Source of the DNA: a virus
Lineage: Duplodnaviria; Caudoviricetes
Strand: one strand, 5' to 3'
Virus record (IMG/VR): IMGVR_UViG_3300042292_001176
Span: 1 to 54,059 of that record
Length of the DNA: 54,059 bases
Shown in pieces: positions 18,509 to 28,137 of this stretch; the first letter of the stretch is position 1; every line of letters begins with the position of its first letter. Under the pieces are notes generated by a model, which was given only the letters and a program-made list of their open reading frames with translations, ran no database searches and had not been told where the DNA came from. A program made the position numbers and the translations under genes.

Positions 18509-19590
18509 TGGCTCTCATCGGCTACCCATACTCGGCGGCTTCCCAGGATCTCTGGCTCTACGGGCCTGAGACCATCGTGCACAGCGGTGGCTCCACCGTG
18601 GTCGAAAGCCCGATTGCCTGGAACCCAGGATCACCGCTGTACGGCTACCGCCGGTCACTGCAGGGCATCTCTCTGCGGAAGCGATACGCCTCCAACATCA
18701 ACCTGAGCGCCTCCTACTTCCAGTACAACGACCCGAACGATCCCGCCAACAAGTGGGTCTACAACAACTGCTACCCGATGGCGTTCCTGGCCATCACCCG
18801 CAAGCACTTGTTCACCTGTGCCCACTGTTACGGCCGCACCGTGTCTGCAGTCCGCAATCCCGCACAGAAATGGTCCGGGACTGTGTGGACGCCCAACAAC
18901 CTGAACGACAAGCTGACGGCGTTCAAGTGGATGGACGCCAACAACAACATCTCCGACTCCTTCGAGACCACCCAGGTCATTGCACCGTACGGCGTCAACA
19001 CCACACCCCCACTGTCTACGGATGCGGACGTTCTCCTGTCGGAGCTCGAAGGAACCCTCTCGTTCGAGCCGCTGCAGGTCGTGGACTTCCTGAACCTGGC
19101 GCCGAACGCCACGATGTGGCTGATCGACTCCACGATGAAGATCATCAGGATGAAGACCGTTTCGTCGAGCGTCGGCTACTCCTCCGTGTCCGGGACATCC
19201 CAGGAGCGCCTTACGGTCCAGTCGATGCTGCCCGACGGATCAGCCACCGCGATCGTGCAGTTCTTCCTCCACGATTCCGGAAGCTTCCTCCTCGCCGAGA
19301 TCAGGCCTCCGTCAAGCCCTGCGGCCGGCGACGGGATCATGGGCCTGGTGGCGTCCCACGTCTACACGGGCGGATCGTTCTACTCCCCCGCCGGGTTCTA
19401 CGGAGAGCTCTCGGCACCAGGTCAGTGGGGGTCTGCACCGAACCCGATCAACATCCGCCAGTACACCGAGGCCACTGGCTTCGAGATGAAGCCGTTGGTC
19501 CACGCCAAGCGCCAGCACACCGACCTCGTCCTTGTCAACGAGATGGACCGCCTGCTCGAGCGGGTCCAGGCCATCCAGCTCCCGGAGTGA
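18508..19590 (+). CDS. trypsin-like serine protease domain protein
   Basis: ITRKHLFTCAHC (His), DADVLL (Asp) and HDSGS (Ser) in the correct order; TAATG coupling. Confidence 0.65.
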   Translation: MALIGYPYSAASQDLWLYGPETIVHSGGSTVVESPIAWNPGSPLYGYRRSLQGISLRKRYASNINLSASYFQYNDPNDPANKWVYNNCYPMAFLAITRKHLFTCAHCYGRTVSAVRNPAQKWSGTVWTPNNLNDKLTAFKWMDANNNISDSFETTQVIAPYGVNTTPPLSTDADVLLSELEGTLSFEPLQVVDFLNLAPNATMWLIDSTMKIIRMKTVSSSVGYSSVSGTSQERLTVQSMLPDGSATAIVQFFLHDSGSFLLAEIRPPSSPAAGDGIMGLVASHVYTGGSFYSPAGFYGELSAPGQWGSAPNPINIRQYTEATGFEMKPLVHAKRQHTDLVLVNEMDRLLERVQAIQLPE

Positions 19591-19594
19591 CATC

Positions 19595-20644
19595 ATGACC
19601 ATCGAAGGCCCGATCATCCCCAAGAAGTTCACGCCTGCAACGACGGCTGCGCCGACCCCGACGGTCGCCTCCAGCGTTGCCGGAGAGATCATCACGTGCA
19701 CGAACACCGGCAGGATGTGGGTCAACAACCGCGACCTGACCATGGTCCCCGTCCGCCCCGAGTTCACCTTCACCAACCTCTTGAGTGAAACGGTTGGGGG
19801 AATCCGAAGCACCCTCTTTGGCACATTCCCATTCCAATCAGTGGGGGTGGAGATCTACGGGTCAGGACTTCGGGTCGGTGCCATCGATGCCACTGGGCCG
19901 ATCACCACGACCGGATCTCTGAGTTCGGCAGGTCTTTCCGTGAACTCGGCCAGCGCCATCACGGTGTCGACAACAGCGACGGCTGGAAACCCGATCAACC
20001 TGACGAGCATCAAGCCGACGATGTCGAACCAGAACCACGCGACGGGCGCCGGCCTGTACTGGTTCAGCGTCACCAAGGACCTGGGCTGCGAGTTCGGCGA
20101 CAGCGGAGGCGCGGCGAATAGCTACAGGCTCAACGCCTTGATCAGCGGAACCAAGGCTCAGTTCGAGCGAGTGGTCGAGGCCAACGACGGCGTGAAGATC
20201 ACCGATCTGCCGTCCAGCTACCTGCTGGGAACCGACGCAACAGGCCTTGTTCAAAGCACCGGTTTGACAAGAGGCCAAACGGTCCTCACGTCCCCCGTCG
20301 CATTGACGGCTAACAGCGATACAACTCTGACTGATCTCACTGCCGCTCCTGGTAGTGCGGGCACATACCTCATCACGGTTCAAGTGGTGGCCAACCACAA
20401 CGGTAATTACGCCTTGACGGCAACTCTTCGGGATCATGGTGTTGCAGGAATCTCCCACGCTAAGACGAGCGGCAACGGGTTCGTCACCCTGACGCTGACG
20501 GCCATCTATACAGCTGCCTCTGCCCCCAATTTCCGCGTGGCCTGCCTTTCGTCGCACACCGCCACTATTCAAGTCGAAACCGGGGATGGTACTTTCCCGA
20601 CGGCCGATCTGGCCACGCACCTTAGCTGGGTGCGGTTGGCGTGA
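19595..20644 (+). CDS. tail fibre/spike-like protein
   Basis: T/S/G-rich; N-terminal PKK...APT...GEI...TGRMW anchor-like motif; beta-rich C-terminal head. Confidence 0.55.
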   Translation: MTIEGPIIPKKFTPATTAAPTPTVASSVAGEIITCTNTGRMWVNNRDLTMVPVRPEFTFTNLLSETVGGIRSTLFGTFPFQSVGVEIYGSGLRVGAIDATGPITTTGSLSSAGLSVNSASAITVSTTATAGNPINLTSIKPTMSNQNHATGAGLYWFSVTKDLGCEFGDSGGAANSYRLNALISGTKAQFERVVEANDGVKITDLPSSYLLGTDATGLVQSTGLTRGQTVLTSPVALTANSDTTLTDLTAAPGSAGTYLITVQVVANHNGNYALTATLRDHGVAGISHAKTSGNGFVTLTLTAIYTAASAPNFRVACLSSHTATIQVETGDGTFPTADLATHLSWVRLA

Positions 20645-21408
20645 GCGGCAACCCGGAACAACTGAATGACGCGAACCGCGAGTTCGAGTTGATCCTCCCG
20701 AGCTTCGCGGGACCGGTCACGCAGCGGTTCATCGAAGGCTTCCAGGTCCGCACGGTCGTGCCGGGAATGCGGATGATCGGCGCTACGGCGTACTCGTCGC
20801 CCGGGGATGCGTCGGCACAGACCGGGCCGTCTCCTGCCACCAACACGTTCCTGATGGGCCCGAATGGACTCGGCGACCCAGGGGCGATGATCTTCAACCT
20901 GATCTCGAATCCGCCCACCCCCACTGTTCCCAATCCGGGGACCGAGCCGCCGGTTGGCCCGGAGGAGAGGCTCAGGTACTCGTGCGTGAGCGGCAAGTGC
21001 CTGCAGGATCCAAACGGCCAGTACTACGGGATCGACGAGTGCCTTGCGGATTCGTGCGGAGTCACCGAGCCTGGGGGCGGGGGCAAGGGCTGCGACTGCG
21101 GATACGGGTTGTCGCACAGCGTCTTCAAGGCGGAGATCGTGAACGCCGCTGGGCCGAGCACGGTGCCAGCCAACGGAAGAAAGTACTGGCTTTACACCTT
21201 TAACGAGGTGGGAGGGGCCGGACGGTCGGGAACGATGTACAATGAGTACGAGTTCACCGTGCCCAACAACGGCGGGAACATCGGCCCGGCGGGTGCAGTG
21301 ATCCAGAGGCTGGGAATCCCCAACCTGGAGATCGTGCCCGTGTACATCGATGAGGCAGGACTGTACTGGTTCCATGAGCAGAATCCCCTCCAGGTCACCT
21401 GTCCATGA
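20641..21408 (+). CDS. virion-associated protein with a Cys module
   Basis: YSCVSGKCLQDPNGQYYGIDEC...C module; Pro-rich linker. Confidence 0.55.
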   Translation: MSGNPEQLNDANREFELILPSFAGPVTQRFIEGFQVRTVVPGMRMIGATAYSSPGDASAQTGPSPATNTFLMGPNGLGDPGAMIFNLISNPPTPTVPNPGTEPPVGPEERLRYSCVSGKCLQDPNGQYYGIDECLADSCGVTEPGGGGKGCDCGYGLSHSVFKAEIVNAAGPSTVPANGRKYWLYTFNEVGGAGRSGTMYNEYEFTVPNNGGNIGPAGAVIQRLGIPNLEIVPVYIDEAGLYWFHEQNPLQVTCP

Positions 21409-22769
21409 GTAGCGGAATCGTCACGGCTGGTTGCTGCTGCGGTCCCTGTACGACGTGCTGCAGCTGGTGGTCCGCCTCGCCTGCGGGCCCGGTCGACATC
21501 GTGCTCACGTACTACCAGAACCAGACGCTGGAGATCGGGCCTGGCGGTCAGTTCATGCAGCTGGGCTACACGGCCTGGACCATCACGGCCACGCTGACCA
21601 AGAGCGGCAGCTGCTGCGACTACAACACCTGTGGTCCCACCTACGCCAACCTCACCAGGTACACGGCGGATGTCTGTGAGGTCTCGGCCACCCGGGTCTC
21701 CAACATCTACACGTACGGGTTCCCGCGCAGGAGCTGCCGCGAGGAGGACGTGGCTGCCTGTCTTGGATTACCCAACTGCTACTGCACGATTGACCCCAAG
21801 GGCTGCAACCAGATTGTGGTCGGGGGGATTACGCCTCCCCCTCTGTACACCGGTGGTAACACCTATGACGGACTGCTGAACTGCACCGTCCCCTGCACCA
21901 ACTTCAACTATCCGTATTCTGGGCTCTACCCCGCGGGTTACCAGTTGGCCGATCCGTGCAGGGGTTGGAACTGCAAGAAGTGCAACTTCATCCAAGGGCT
22001 CGGCGACTGCGAGTGCGAGTGCAAGACCGTGCCGGAGCTGCTGTGGAAGAAGATGTACGAGGAGACCCACAACTACACGGCCACCGTGTTCGGGACAGGC
22101 ACCGGTCCTGGTGCGTGTGCGTACGGAGGAAAGCCGGCACAGGCAGGTGCGAACGCGGTGATCACGGTGTACTGCGGACCCAACCCCTGCGGTGGAACTT
22201 GCTTCGTGCCGAGGCTGCTGTTTACGCCGAGGGACCAGGCACTGGTGTCTAACGTCCGGGTCTATGACGCCACGATGAACCCGTGCTGCCCCAACGGCTA
22301 CTGCCCTGGACAGAGGCCGTACCCCTCGAGCATTCCGTGGGGGTCCTGCTACTCGACCACGACCACTGTGACACCGCATTGCCTGCCGGAGTTCTCGCTC
22401 GTGGGCAAGGGTACGTCGTTCAATAGCGCCACCTTCTCGAATCCGATTCCTGCGTCCACGTTCGACATCACGCTCGGGTTCGGTATCCAGACGGGCACCG
22501 TGGAGTGGGGCATGGGGACCAACGTGACGAACGCCAATGCGTGTGAGACGGTGGACAAGACGGCTGTGTGCACCAAGTACTCTTGGGACCACAGCACCGA
22601 GCTCAACCCGTCGGGGTCCCCGTACTTCCCCGTGTACTGTGGCAACGAAAGACTCTCCCCGCTTGGCAACAACAAGGGCTGCGATACCAACGCCTCTCGT
22701 TGTTACGGGCCAAGTTGGAACGAGAGGTACTGCATGGCCACCAGGTCTCTTACTGCGACTGTCACATGA
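21405..22769 (+). CDS. Cys-rich putative virion protein
   Basis: GCCCGPCTTCC start; about 38 Cys in 454 aa. Confidence 0.65.
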   Translation: MSSGIVTAGCCCGPCTTCCSWWSASPAGPVDIVLTYYQNQTLEIGPGGQFMQLGYTAWTITATLTKSGSCCDYNTCGPTYANLTRYTADVCEVSATRVSNIYTYGFPRRSCREEDVAACLGLPNCYCTIDPKGCNQIVVGGITPPPLYTGGNTYDGLLNCTVPCTNFNYPYSGLYPAGYQLADPCRGWNCKKCNFIQGLGDCECECKTVPELLWKKMYEETHNYTATVFGTGTGPGACAYGGKPAQAGANAVITVYCGPNPCGGTCFVPRLLFTPRDQALVSNVRVYDATMNPCCPNGYCPGQRPYPSSIPWGSCYSTTTTVTPHCLPEFSLVGKGTSFNSATFSNPIPASTFDITLGFGIQTGTVEWGMGTNVTNANACETVDKTAVCTKYSWDHSTELNPSGSPYFPVYCGNERLSPLGNNKGCDTNASRCYGPSWNERYCMATRSLTATVT

Positions 22770-23266
22770 AATGCTTCTGGGATAACAACGGTACCTGCAA
22801 GCACCCCTTGATGGGCGGCGTCGACGCCACCGAGGAGCGCTGCCGGCAATGTTCCTTCTTCTCCAGGGCCTCGAAGGAGGCCAACCAGGATCCAGCCACA
22901 CACGAGGAGATGCTGAAGAAGCAGGCCCTCTGGGAGCAGGACCAGCGGCACCAGCGGGAGGAGGAGCGCAAGCAGTCGCTGCTGGACATGGCGGCGAGCT
23001 GGGTCAAGGCGGAGGTCAGCCAGGTCATAAGGGGGCCCGTCGACGACGAGACCTACCGCATGAGGCTGGAGACCTGCAACGCCTGCTTCCGGCTCGAGCG
23101 CGCGCCCGACGCCGCCCTCGGCTTCTGCAAGGCCTGTGGCTGCGGCAACAACGCCCGGGCGGAGCTGACCGTCAAGGCCCGAATGCCGGAGGCCAAGTGC
23201 CCCATCGGGGCATGGGGCGAACCCGCTGCGCCCAGGGCTCCTTTGCCCGATACTTTCGGTAGGTGA
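22766..23266 (+). CDS. Cys-rich metal-binding protein (DUF6171-like C-terminus)
   Basis: R...C..C...C..CGC...K......CP.G.W. Confidence 0.6.
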   Translation: MKCFWDNNGTCKHPLMGGVDATEERCRQCSFFSRASKEANQDPATHEEMLKKQALWEQDQRHQREEERKQSLLDMAASWVKAEVSQVIRGPVDDETYRMRLETCNACFRLERAPDAALGFCKACGCGNNARAELTVKARMPEAKCPIGAWGEPAAPRAPLPDTFGR

Positions 23267-23269
23267 ACC

Positions 23270-26200
23270 ATGCCGGACATCAAGACAGACTGGCCGTACC
23301 CCCTGATGGAGACCACGCTGGACAAGAGGCTCGAAAGGCCTGGGGTCCAGCGTGGCTACTCTGCGGAGCTCACGGGTGTGGACGGCCGCAGCGAGGGCGG
23401 GCTCAAGCCGTTCCCCGGCTTCAAGAAGATCCATGTCCTGAACGAGCTGAAGAACCAGGCCAACCACGGCGTGGGCTCCCGGATCGTGGACTTCAAGGCG
23501 ATCGACTTCCGCATCGGCTCGGAGTACTACGGCTACGGCTTCGTGTACCGGGCCCGTCGTCCGGCAAGCAGCACCTGCGACGTGTTCATCGACTACTGGG
23601 ATTCGGTGAACCAGGCGTGGACCAGGTGCGTCAAGCTGATGGACGCCGTCAGCTTGTCCGCTCAGTTCGACGTGCAGGTCGCCGGCCGGTTCGTGTACAC
23701 GTTCGCGAGTGGTCGCTCTCCGGCCCTGTTCTACATCGAGGCCACCCGGTCCAAGACCTACGAGGCCGAGGCCGACGCATCGATCACGAGCTCGACGCCC
23801 ACCACCAACGTAGGCACGGCGCAGACCCTTGAGGTCCGCACGGTCACCAACCTTCTGCTCCGGTTCAACACGGCCGCCGAGGCCAACAAGACCGTCGAGA
23901 GCGCGCAGCTCAACTTCACGGTGTCCGGCAACGACCTGGTGTCCGCTGCCACACTCACCATCAATCCGCTCACGGATCCCGGCGCCAACGACGGCGACTG
24001 GATCGAGTCCGAGGTCACCTGGAACAACCGCAAGTCCGCCGCAGCGTGGACCACCCCAGGCGGCGACTACAACGCCGGCGTCTCCGCCACGGTACCAGTG
24101 GGGGTGGGCTTCCTCGGCAGGGTCACGGTCGACCTGAAGACCATGGTGCAGGGCGGGCTGAACTCGACGTACAACGCGAACTCCGACAAGGTCGATCTGG
24201 TGGTCCGCAGCAACCAGGTCCCCAAGGTGTACCTGGCGGCCAGGAACCAGGCCAACTTCTCGATCCGTCCGCAGCTGACGGTGACCTACGTCGACAAGGT
24301 GTTCCTGAACCAGGTGATCGTGGGCGCCTCTGGAAGCGGGACCGTGCCTGGGCCGGGCAAGCAGCCTGTGCTGACGAGCCCGGAGCGCGGCATCTCCGCA
24401 GGCACCTACACGGTTGTCGACAACGATAGGCCGGCAAGTGCACAGGTGGTGCTGGTCTCCGATGACCCCTACGCCAACGAGAACAACTTCCCGGATCAGA
24501 CCTCCGGTCTTTGCCCCCAGGACACCTTCCCGGCGGCAGGTGCGGCCGTCAACCCGGGCACCCCGGGATCGTGCCATCCGAACCCTGCGGTCGGACTTTG
24601 CAGCGCCACGCCAGACGGGAAGACCGCGGACAACCTGGTGATCCAGCTGCTCACGCCGGCGAATCGGCAGACGAGCGTCAGCGTGACGCCGAAGCTGGAC
24701 TGGACCGCGTACTACACCGACGGCGACTCGCTGTCGGCGAACATGTTGTTCGACGTGTACCTGGTGCAGGACGGCCGCGGATCCCTCGTGGAGCACCGGG
24801 TCGCCACTGACATCACCGCCAGCTCCTTCGAGCCTGCAAGCCTCTGGCCCCAGGCCCGGATGCCGTACGGCAAGAAGTTCCTGTGGAAGGTGGTCGCGCA
24901 CCGCGTCGACTGCAGCGACTTCTGCGTGTCGAGCATCGTCGGTTCCTTCACCACCGAGAACCGGTACCTGTCCCGCAAGTTCGAGCCGGGCGACTACAGC
25001 TTCAGCTACGTGCTCGTGGACTCGAAGACCGGACGAAGGAGCGCGCTGAGCTCCGTGGCCCAGGTCCGCAGCGAGGACTTCGTGGTGACGCGGACCCAGG
25101 GCGGCAACAGCATCAGCGTCAAGCAGGACCAGTACATGGGCATCGAGATCGTGTACGACTCGGGCAAGTACGACCTGCTGTATGCGTACCGCAGCGTCAA
25201 GATCCAGGATGCCGGCGGCACGATGGTGGCCGGTCTCCCGTTCCTGGACGCGGTCGTGAGGCTCGAGGATTACCACACTTGCAAGAATGGCACGGGCCGT
25301 ACCTTCGACCCGGCGACCACCTCGAACCGGCATGCGATGTACTTCTACGAACTGGAGGACAAGCAGCTGGTGTACCAGAGCCCGTACGTGGACCGCAGCG
25401 TCTTCGACGAGGACATGCCCTACGGCGGCACGGCAGCCTTCTACCAGAACACGATGCTGGTCTCGCGCATCAAGAACCCCATCGAGTCCACCAGCGACGA
25501 GGATCGCATCGACGACCCGCACCGCGGACTCGGGGAGATGCGCTGGTCGAGCCTGATGGAGATGAGCCCCGAGCTCTTCCCGCCGTTCAACCGGTACAAC
25601 CCCACGGTGCCGAGCAACGAGGTGATCTGCTTCTCCAAGGTCGGCGGCAACGTGGTCGGCATCAGCCGCGACAAGGTGTACCACCTGCGGAAGAGCGGGC
25701 CGTACGTCAAGGTCACGGAGATGCACGAGGGCTACGGCATAGTGAACCACCGTGCCGTGGACTCGGTCGGCAGCGCGGCCTTCTACGTCACGAGCCACGG
25801 ATTGAAGAGCGTGGACATGCAGGGCCAGCTTGACGAGCTGCGAAACCTGAACAGCGTGTTCGTTCGGGAGTGGCGCAACGATCTTTCCGAGGTGCAGGTT
25901 GCGTACGACCCGTTCATGAACTGCCTGTTCGTCCACAACCCGGTGCAGGAGGAGGCGTACGTCCTGTGGTTCTCGTCCGGAAAGACGACGAAGATCGAGG
26001 ATGCCAGCTTCAACCTGGTGTGCCAGGGCTCCTGGCCCATCAACTTCACCGGGGCCCAGTTTGGAAACGACCTGTGCCGCCGGGCCTTCTTCCTCCAGGA
26101 CAACCAGGAGACCCGGGCCAATGGCACAGGATTCGATCAGTTCGACGGACCCGCGATCTTCATCGTGGACCAGGCTGCGTCGCGCACGATCAGTGGGGGT

Positions 26201-26959
26201 AGCGCCTCCTGGAACGGATCGCGCCGGATCACGACGCTGGATTTCAACGGAGATTCGCGATTCGTGGCGTCTGCGGCTTGGACGAGTGATCGGATCCCCG
26301 TCTCTACTGCGACTGGTACGGTGGTGCCTGCTGATGCGTGGAAGTTCGCGTATGCGTACCTTTCATCCTCGACCGTGAACCAGGCCAACATCGGGCGCAA
26401 GTTCAAGGTGATGCACAACACGACGACCGGCGTCTACGTGGACACGGCCGTGTACCCGTGGGTCACGAGCACGGTTGCCGGCGACGTGTTCGTGGTGAGC
26501 CCGGTGCCGTTCGAGTGGGTCGGACATCCGCTCGGGCTTGCGACGGAGCAGGGCATGGTGTTCTCGAACGCCGACCTGTTCCGCATGAAGGTGGTGAGCA
26601 GCGTCGGGGCGGCGTTCACCGACGTGTCGGGACCTCCGGTCAACGACTCGATCACGGACACGAAACCGCTGGACAGGTACACCGGGCTGGTGTACTCGGG
26701 CACGGCTGCTGCGCCGGTGGCCACAGCCCAGACCAAGGATACGAATGGAAATCTCTATGCGTCTGTGGAGGATGACGAAGGCGTGGTGTACGCTGCCTTT
26801 GGATCTGATGCTTCCGACGGACGGTACGGTGTCAAGGGCACCTCGCTCAACCCGGGAATCCGGATCCTGTGTCCCGACCTGGACTTCAGGTTGCTGGGTT
26901 GCATCGTGCGGGGCAGCATTACGTCGGTGGAACGGACCACGAACATCAGAGGTAGTTGA
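23270..26959 (+). CDS. tail nozzle / tubular B-like protein with a DNRLRE (CBM96)-like insertion
   Basis: 1229 aa, beta-rich; LLRFN...SAQL...W.ES.VTWN...WTTPGGDY...RPQLTVTY module; precedes the ejection-protein genes. Confidence 0.6.
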   Translation: MPDIKTDWPYPLMETTLDKRLERPGVQRGYSAELTGVDGRSEGGLKPFPGFKKIHVLNELKNQANHGVGSRIVDFKAIDFRIGSEYYGYGFVYRARRPASSTCDVFIDYWDSVNQAWTRCVKLMDAVSLSAQFDVQVAGRFVYTFASGRSPALFYIEATRSKTYEAEADASITSSTPTTNVGTAQTLEVRTVTNLLLRFNTAAEANKTVESAQLNFTVSGNDLVSAATLTINPLTDPGANDGDWIESEVTWNNRKSAAAWTTPGGDYNAGVSATVPVGVGFLGRVTVDLKTMVQGGLNSTYNANSDKVDLVVRSNQVPKVYLAARNQANFSIRPQLTVTYVDKVFLNQVIVGASGSGTVPGPGKQPVLTSPERGISAGTYTVVDNDRPASAQVVLVSDDPYANENNFPDQTSGLCPQDTFPAAGAAVNPGTPGSCHPNPAVGLCSATPDGKTADNLVIQLLTPANRQTSVSVTPKLDWTAYYTDGDSLSANMLFDVYLVQDGRGSLVEHRVATDITASSFEPASLWPQARMPYGKKFLWKVVAHRVDCSDFCVSSIVGSFTTENRYLSRKFEPGDYSFSYVLVDSKTGRRSALSSVAQVRSEDFVVTRTQGGNSISVKQDQYMGIEIVYDSGKYDLLYAYRSVKIQDAGGTMVAGLPFLDAVVRLEDYHTCKNGTGRTFDPATTSNRHAMYFYELEDKQLVYQSPYVDRSVFDEDMPYGGTAAFYQNTMLVSRIKNPIESTSDEDRIDDPHRGLGEMRWSSLMEMSPELFPPFNRYNPTVPSNEVICFSKVGGNVVGISRDKVYHLRKSGPYVKVTEMHEGYGIVNHRAVDSVGSAAFYVTSHGLKSVDMQGQLDELRNLNSVFVREWRNDLSEVQVAYDPFMNCLFVHNPVQEEAYVLWFSSGKTTKIEDASFNLVCQGSWPINFTGAQFGNDLCRRAFFLQDNQETRANGTGFDQFDGPAIFIVDQAASRTISGGSASWNGSRRITTLDFNGDSRFVASAAWTSDRIPVSTATGTVVPADAWKFAYAYLSSSTVNQANIGRKFKVMHNTTTGVYVDTAVYPWVTSTVAGDVFVVSPVPFEWVGHPLGLATEQGMVFSNADLFRMKVVSSVGAAFTDVSGPPVNDSITDTKPLDRYTGLVYSGTAAAPVATAQTKDTNGNLYASVEDDEGVVYAAFGSDASDGRYGVKGTSLNPGIRILCPDLDFRLLGCIVRGSITSVERTTNIRGS

Positions 26960-28137
26960 TGAGCCAGTTCAACGGCAACTTCGGAAACTTCGGACCCGGG
27001 TCCTACGACCCCGTGTCGTCCCTTCTCCCCAACTCCCCGATGCAGGGAGCGCAGCCTCAGCGTCAGCCCCGAAGGGCGGGCCAGCAGGTCTCGATGCAGC
27101 AGCCCCAGGGCACCAGAACCAACCGGCAGTGGCAGCCCTACACCGGCGGCATGACTGCCCAGCAGCCCGGCAATCCCTATCGCTCGTCGAACGGTCCAGC
27201 CCGTCAGATCGGCCAGAGCAGGATTGACCAGGGCTTCCTGAACTGGGACCAGGCGCTGGCTGGCGCGATGGGCCAGGACATGGCGAACCAGCAGGGCGCG
27301 ATGAACCAGCAGTTCAACCAGATGAGCGGGCAGATCGGCCAGTACGAAGACGCTCTGCAGCGCGGCATCGGGACCATGCAATCAGTGGGGGTGCAGCAGC
27401 GTGACGCGCTCCAGGGTCTCGCGGGCGGCCTTGAGCAGCAGGGCCAGAAGGGCTTCGACGAGTTCAAGGCGTTCCGCGACCAGCAGATGGGGCGGGTCGA
27501 TCAGGACATCTCGAAGGCGAACCAGTTCGCGGCCCAGGCAACCCAGAACTACGAGCAGGCCATCGGCGAGTTCAAGGACACCAGCGCCCAGGACGCGGCG
27601 AATGCGGCGTTCGGGATGCGTCGGAACGCGCAGGAGCAGATGTCGCAGATCGACATGCTCGATGTGGATCCGGGACAGAAGGCGGCGCTGAAGCAGACGA
27701 TGATGCAGGACGTGAGCAACCAGGTCACGCAGACGGTGACCGGCATCTACAGCAACATGAACCAGACCATGGCGTCGATGCGCGGGAACCTGTCGAGCCT
27801 GATGGGTGCACAGTCGCAGACGGCGATGGCCGGCGGCCAGCTCCGGGGGCAGATGGGTACCAGCTTCGGAGCCCAGACGCTGCAGTCCCAGCAGATGAAC
27901 CAGCAGATGATGGAGCTGGGGACGAACGTCCGGATGATGGGTGAGCAGGCGTACGCAAGCGCGATGCAGCAGTCGGTGGTCTTGGAGCTTCAGGGTCGGA
28001 CCACGGTGGCCCAGATGATCCAGGAGAACCCACGGCAGTTCGTCAGCATGTTCGCCGGGTTGACCGGGTACCTCGCGGGCGCGACCACGCCGGGCATCAA
28101 CCAGATCAGTGTGCCTAACTTCGGAGCCATCGCATGA
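26959..28137 (+). CDS. Gln/Met-rich putative ejection (internal virion) protein
   Basis: Q/M/G/A-rich helical sequence directly after the nozzle gene. Confidence 0.55.
   Translation: MSQFNGNFGNFGPGSYDPVSSLLPNSPMQGAQPQRQPRRAGQQVSMQQPQGTRTNRQWQPYTGGMTAQQPGNPYRSSNGPARQIGQSRIDQGFLNWDQALAGAMGQDMANQQGAMNQQFNQMSGQIGQYEDALQRGIGTMQSVGVQQRDALQGLAGGLEQQGQKGFDEFKAFRDQQMGRVDQDISKANQFAAQATQNYEQAIGEFKDTSAQDAANAAFGMRRNAQEQMSQIDMLDVDPGQKAALKQTMMQDVSNQVTQTVTGIYSNMNQTMASMRGNLSSLMGAQSQTAMAGGQLRGQMGTSFGAQTLQSQQMNQQMMELGTNVRMMGEQAYASAMQQSVVLELQGRTTVAQMIQENPRQFVSMFAGLTGYLAGATTPGINQISVPNFGAIA

Noticed and set aside
22703-25936. Very long antisense ORFs (1077 aa here; also 12224-14803, 29777-31837, 34080-35720, 1748-3040)
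   Set aside because: Shadow ORFs of high-GC genes: they lie opposite well-supported CDSs and lack RBSs and motifs
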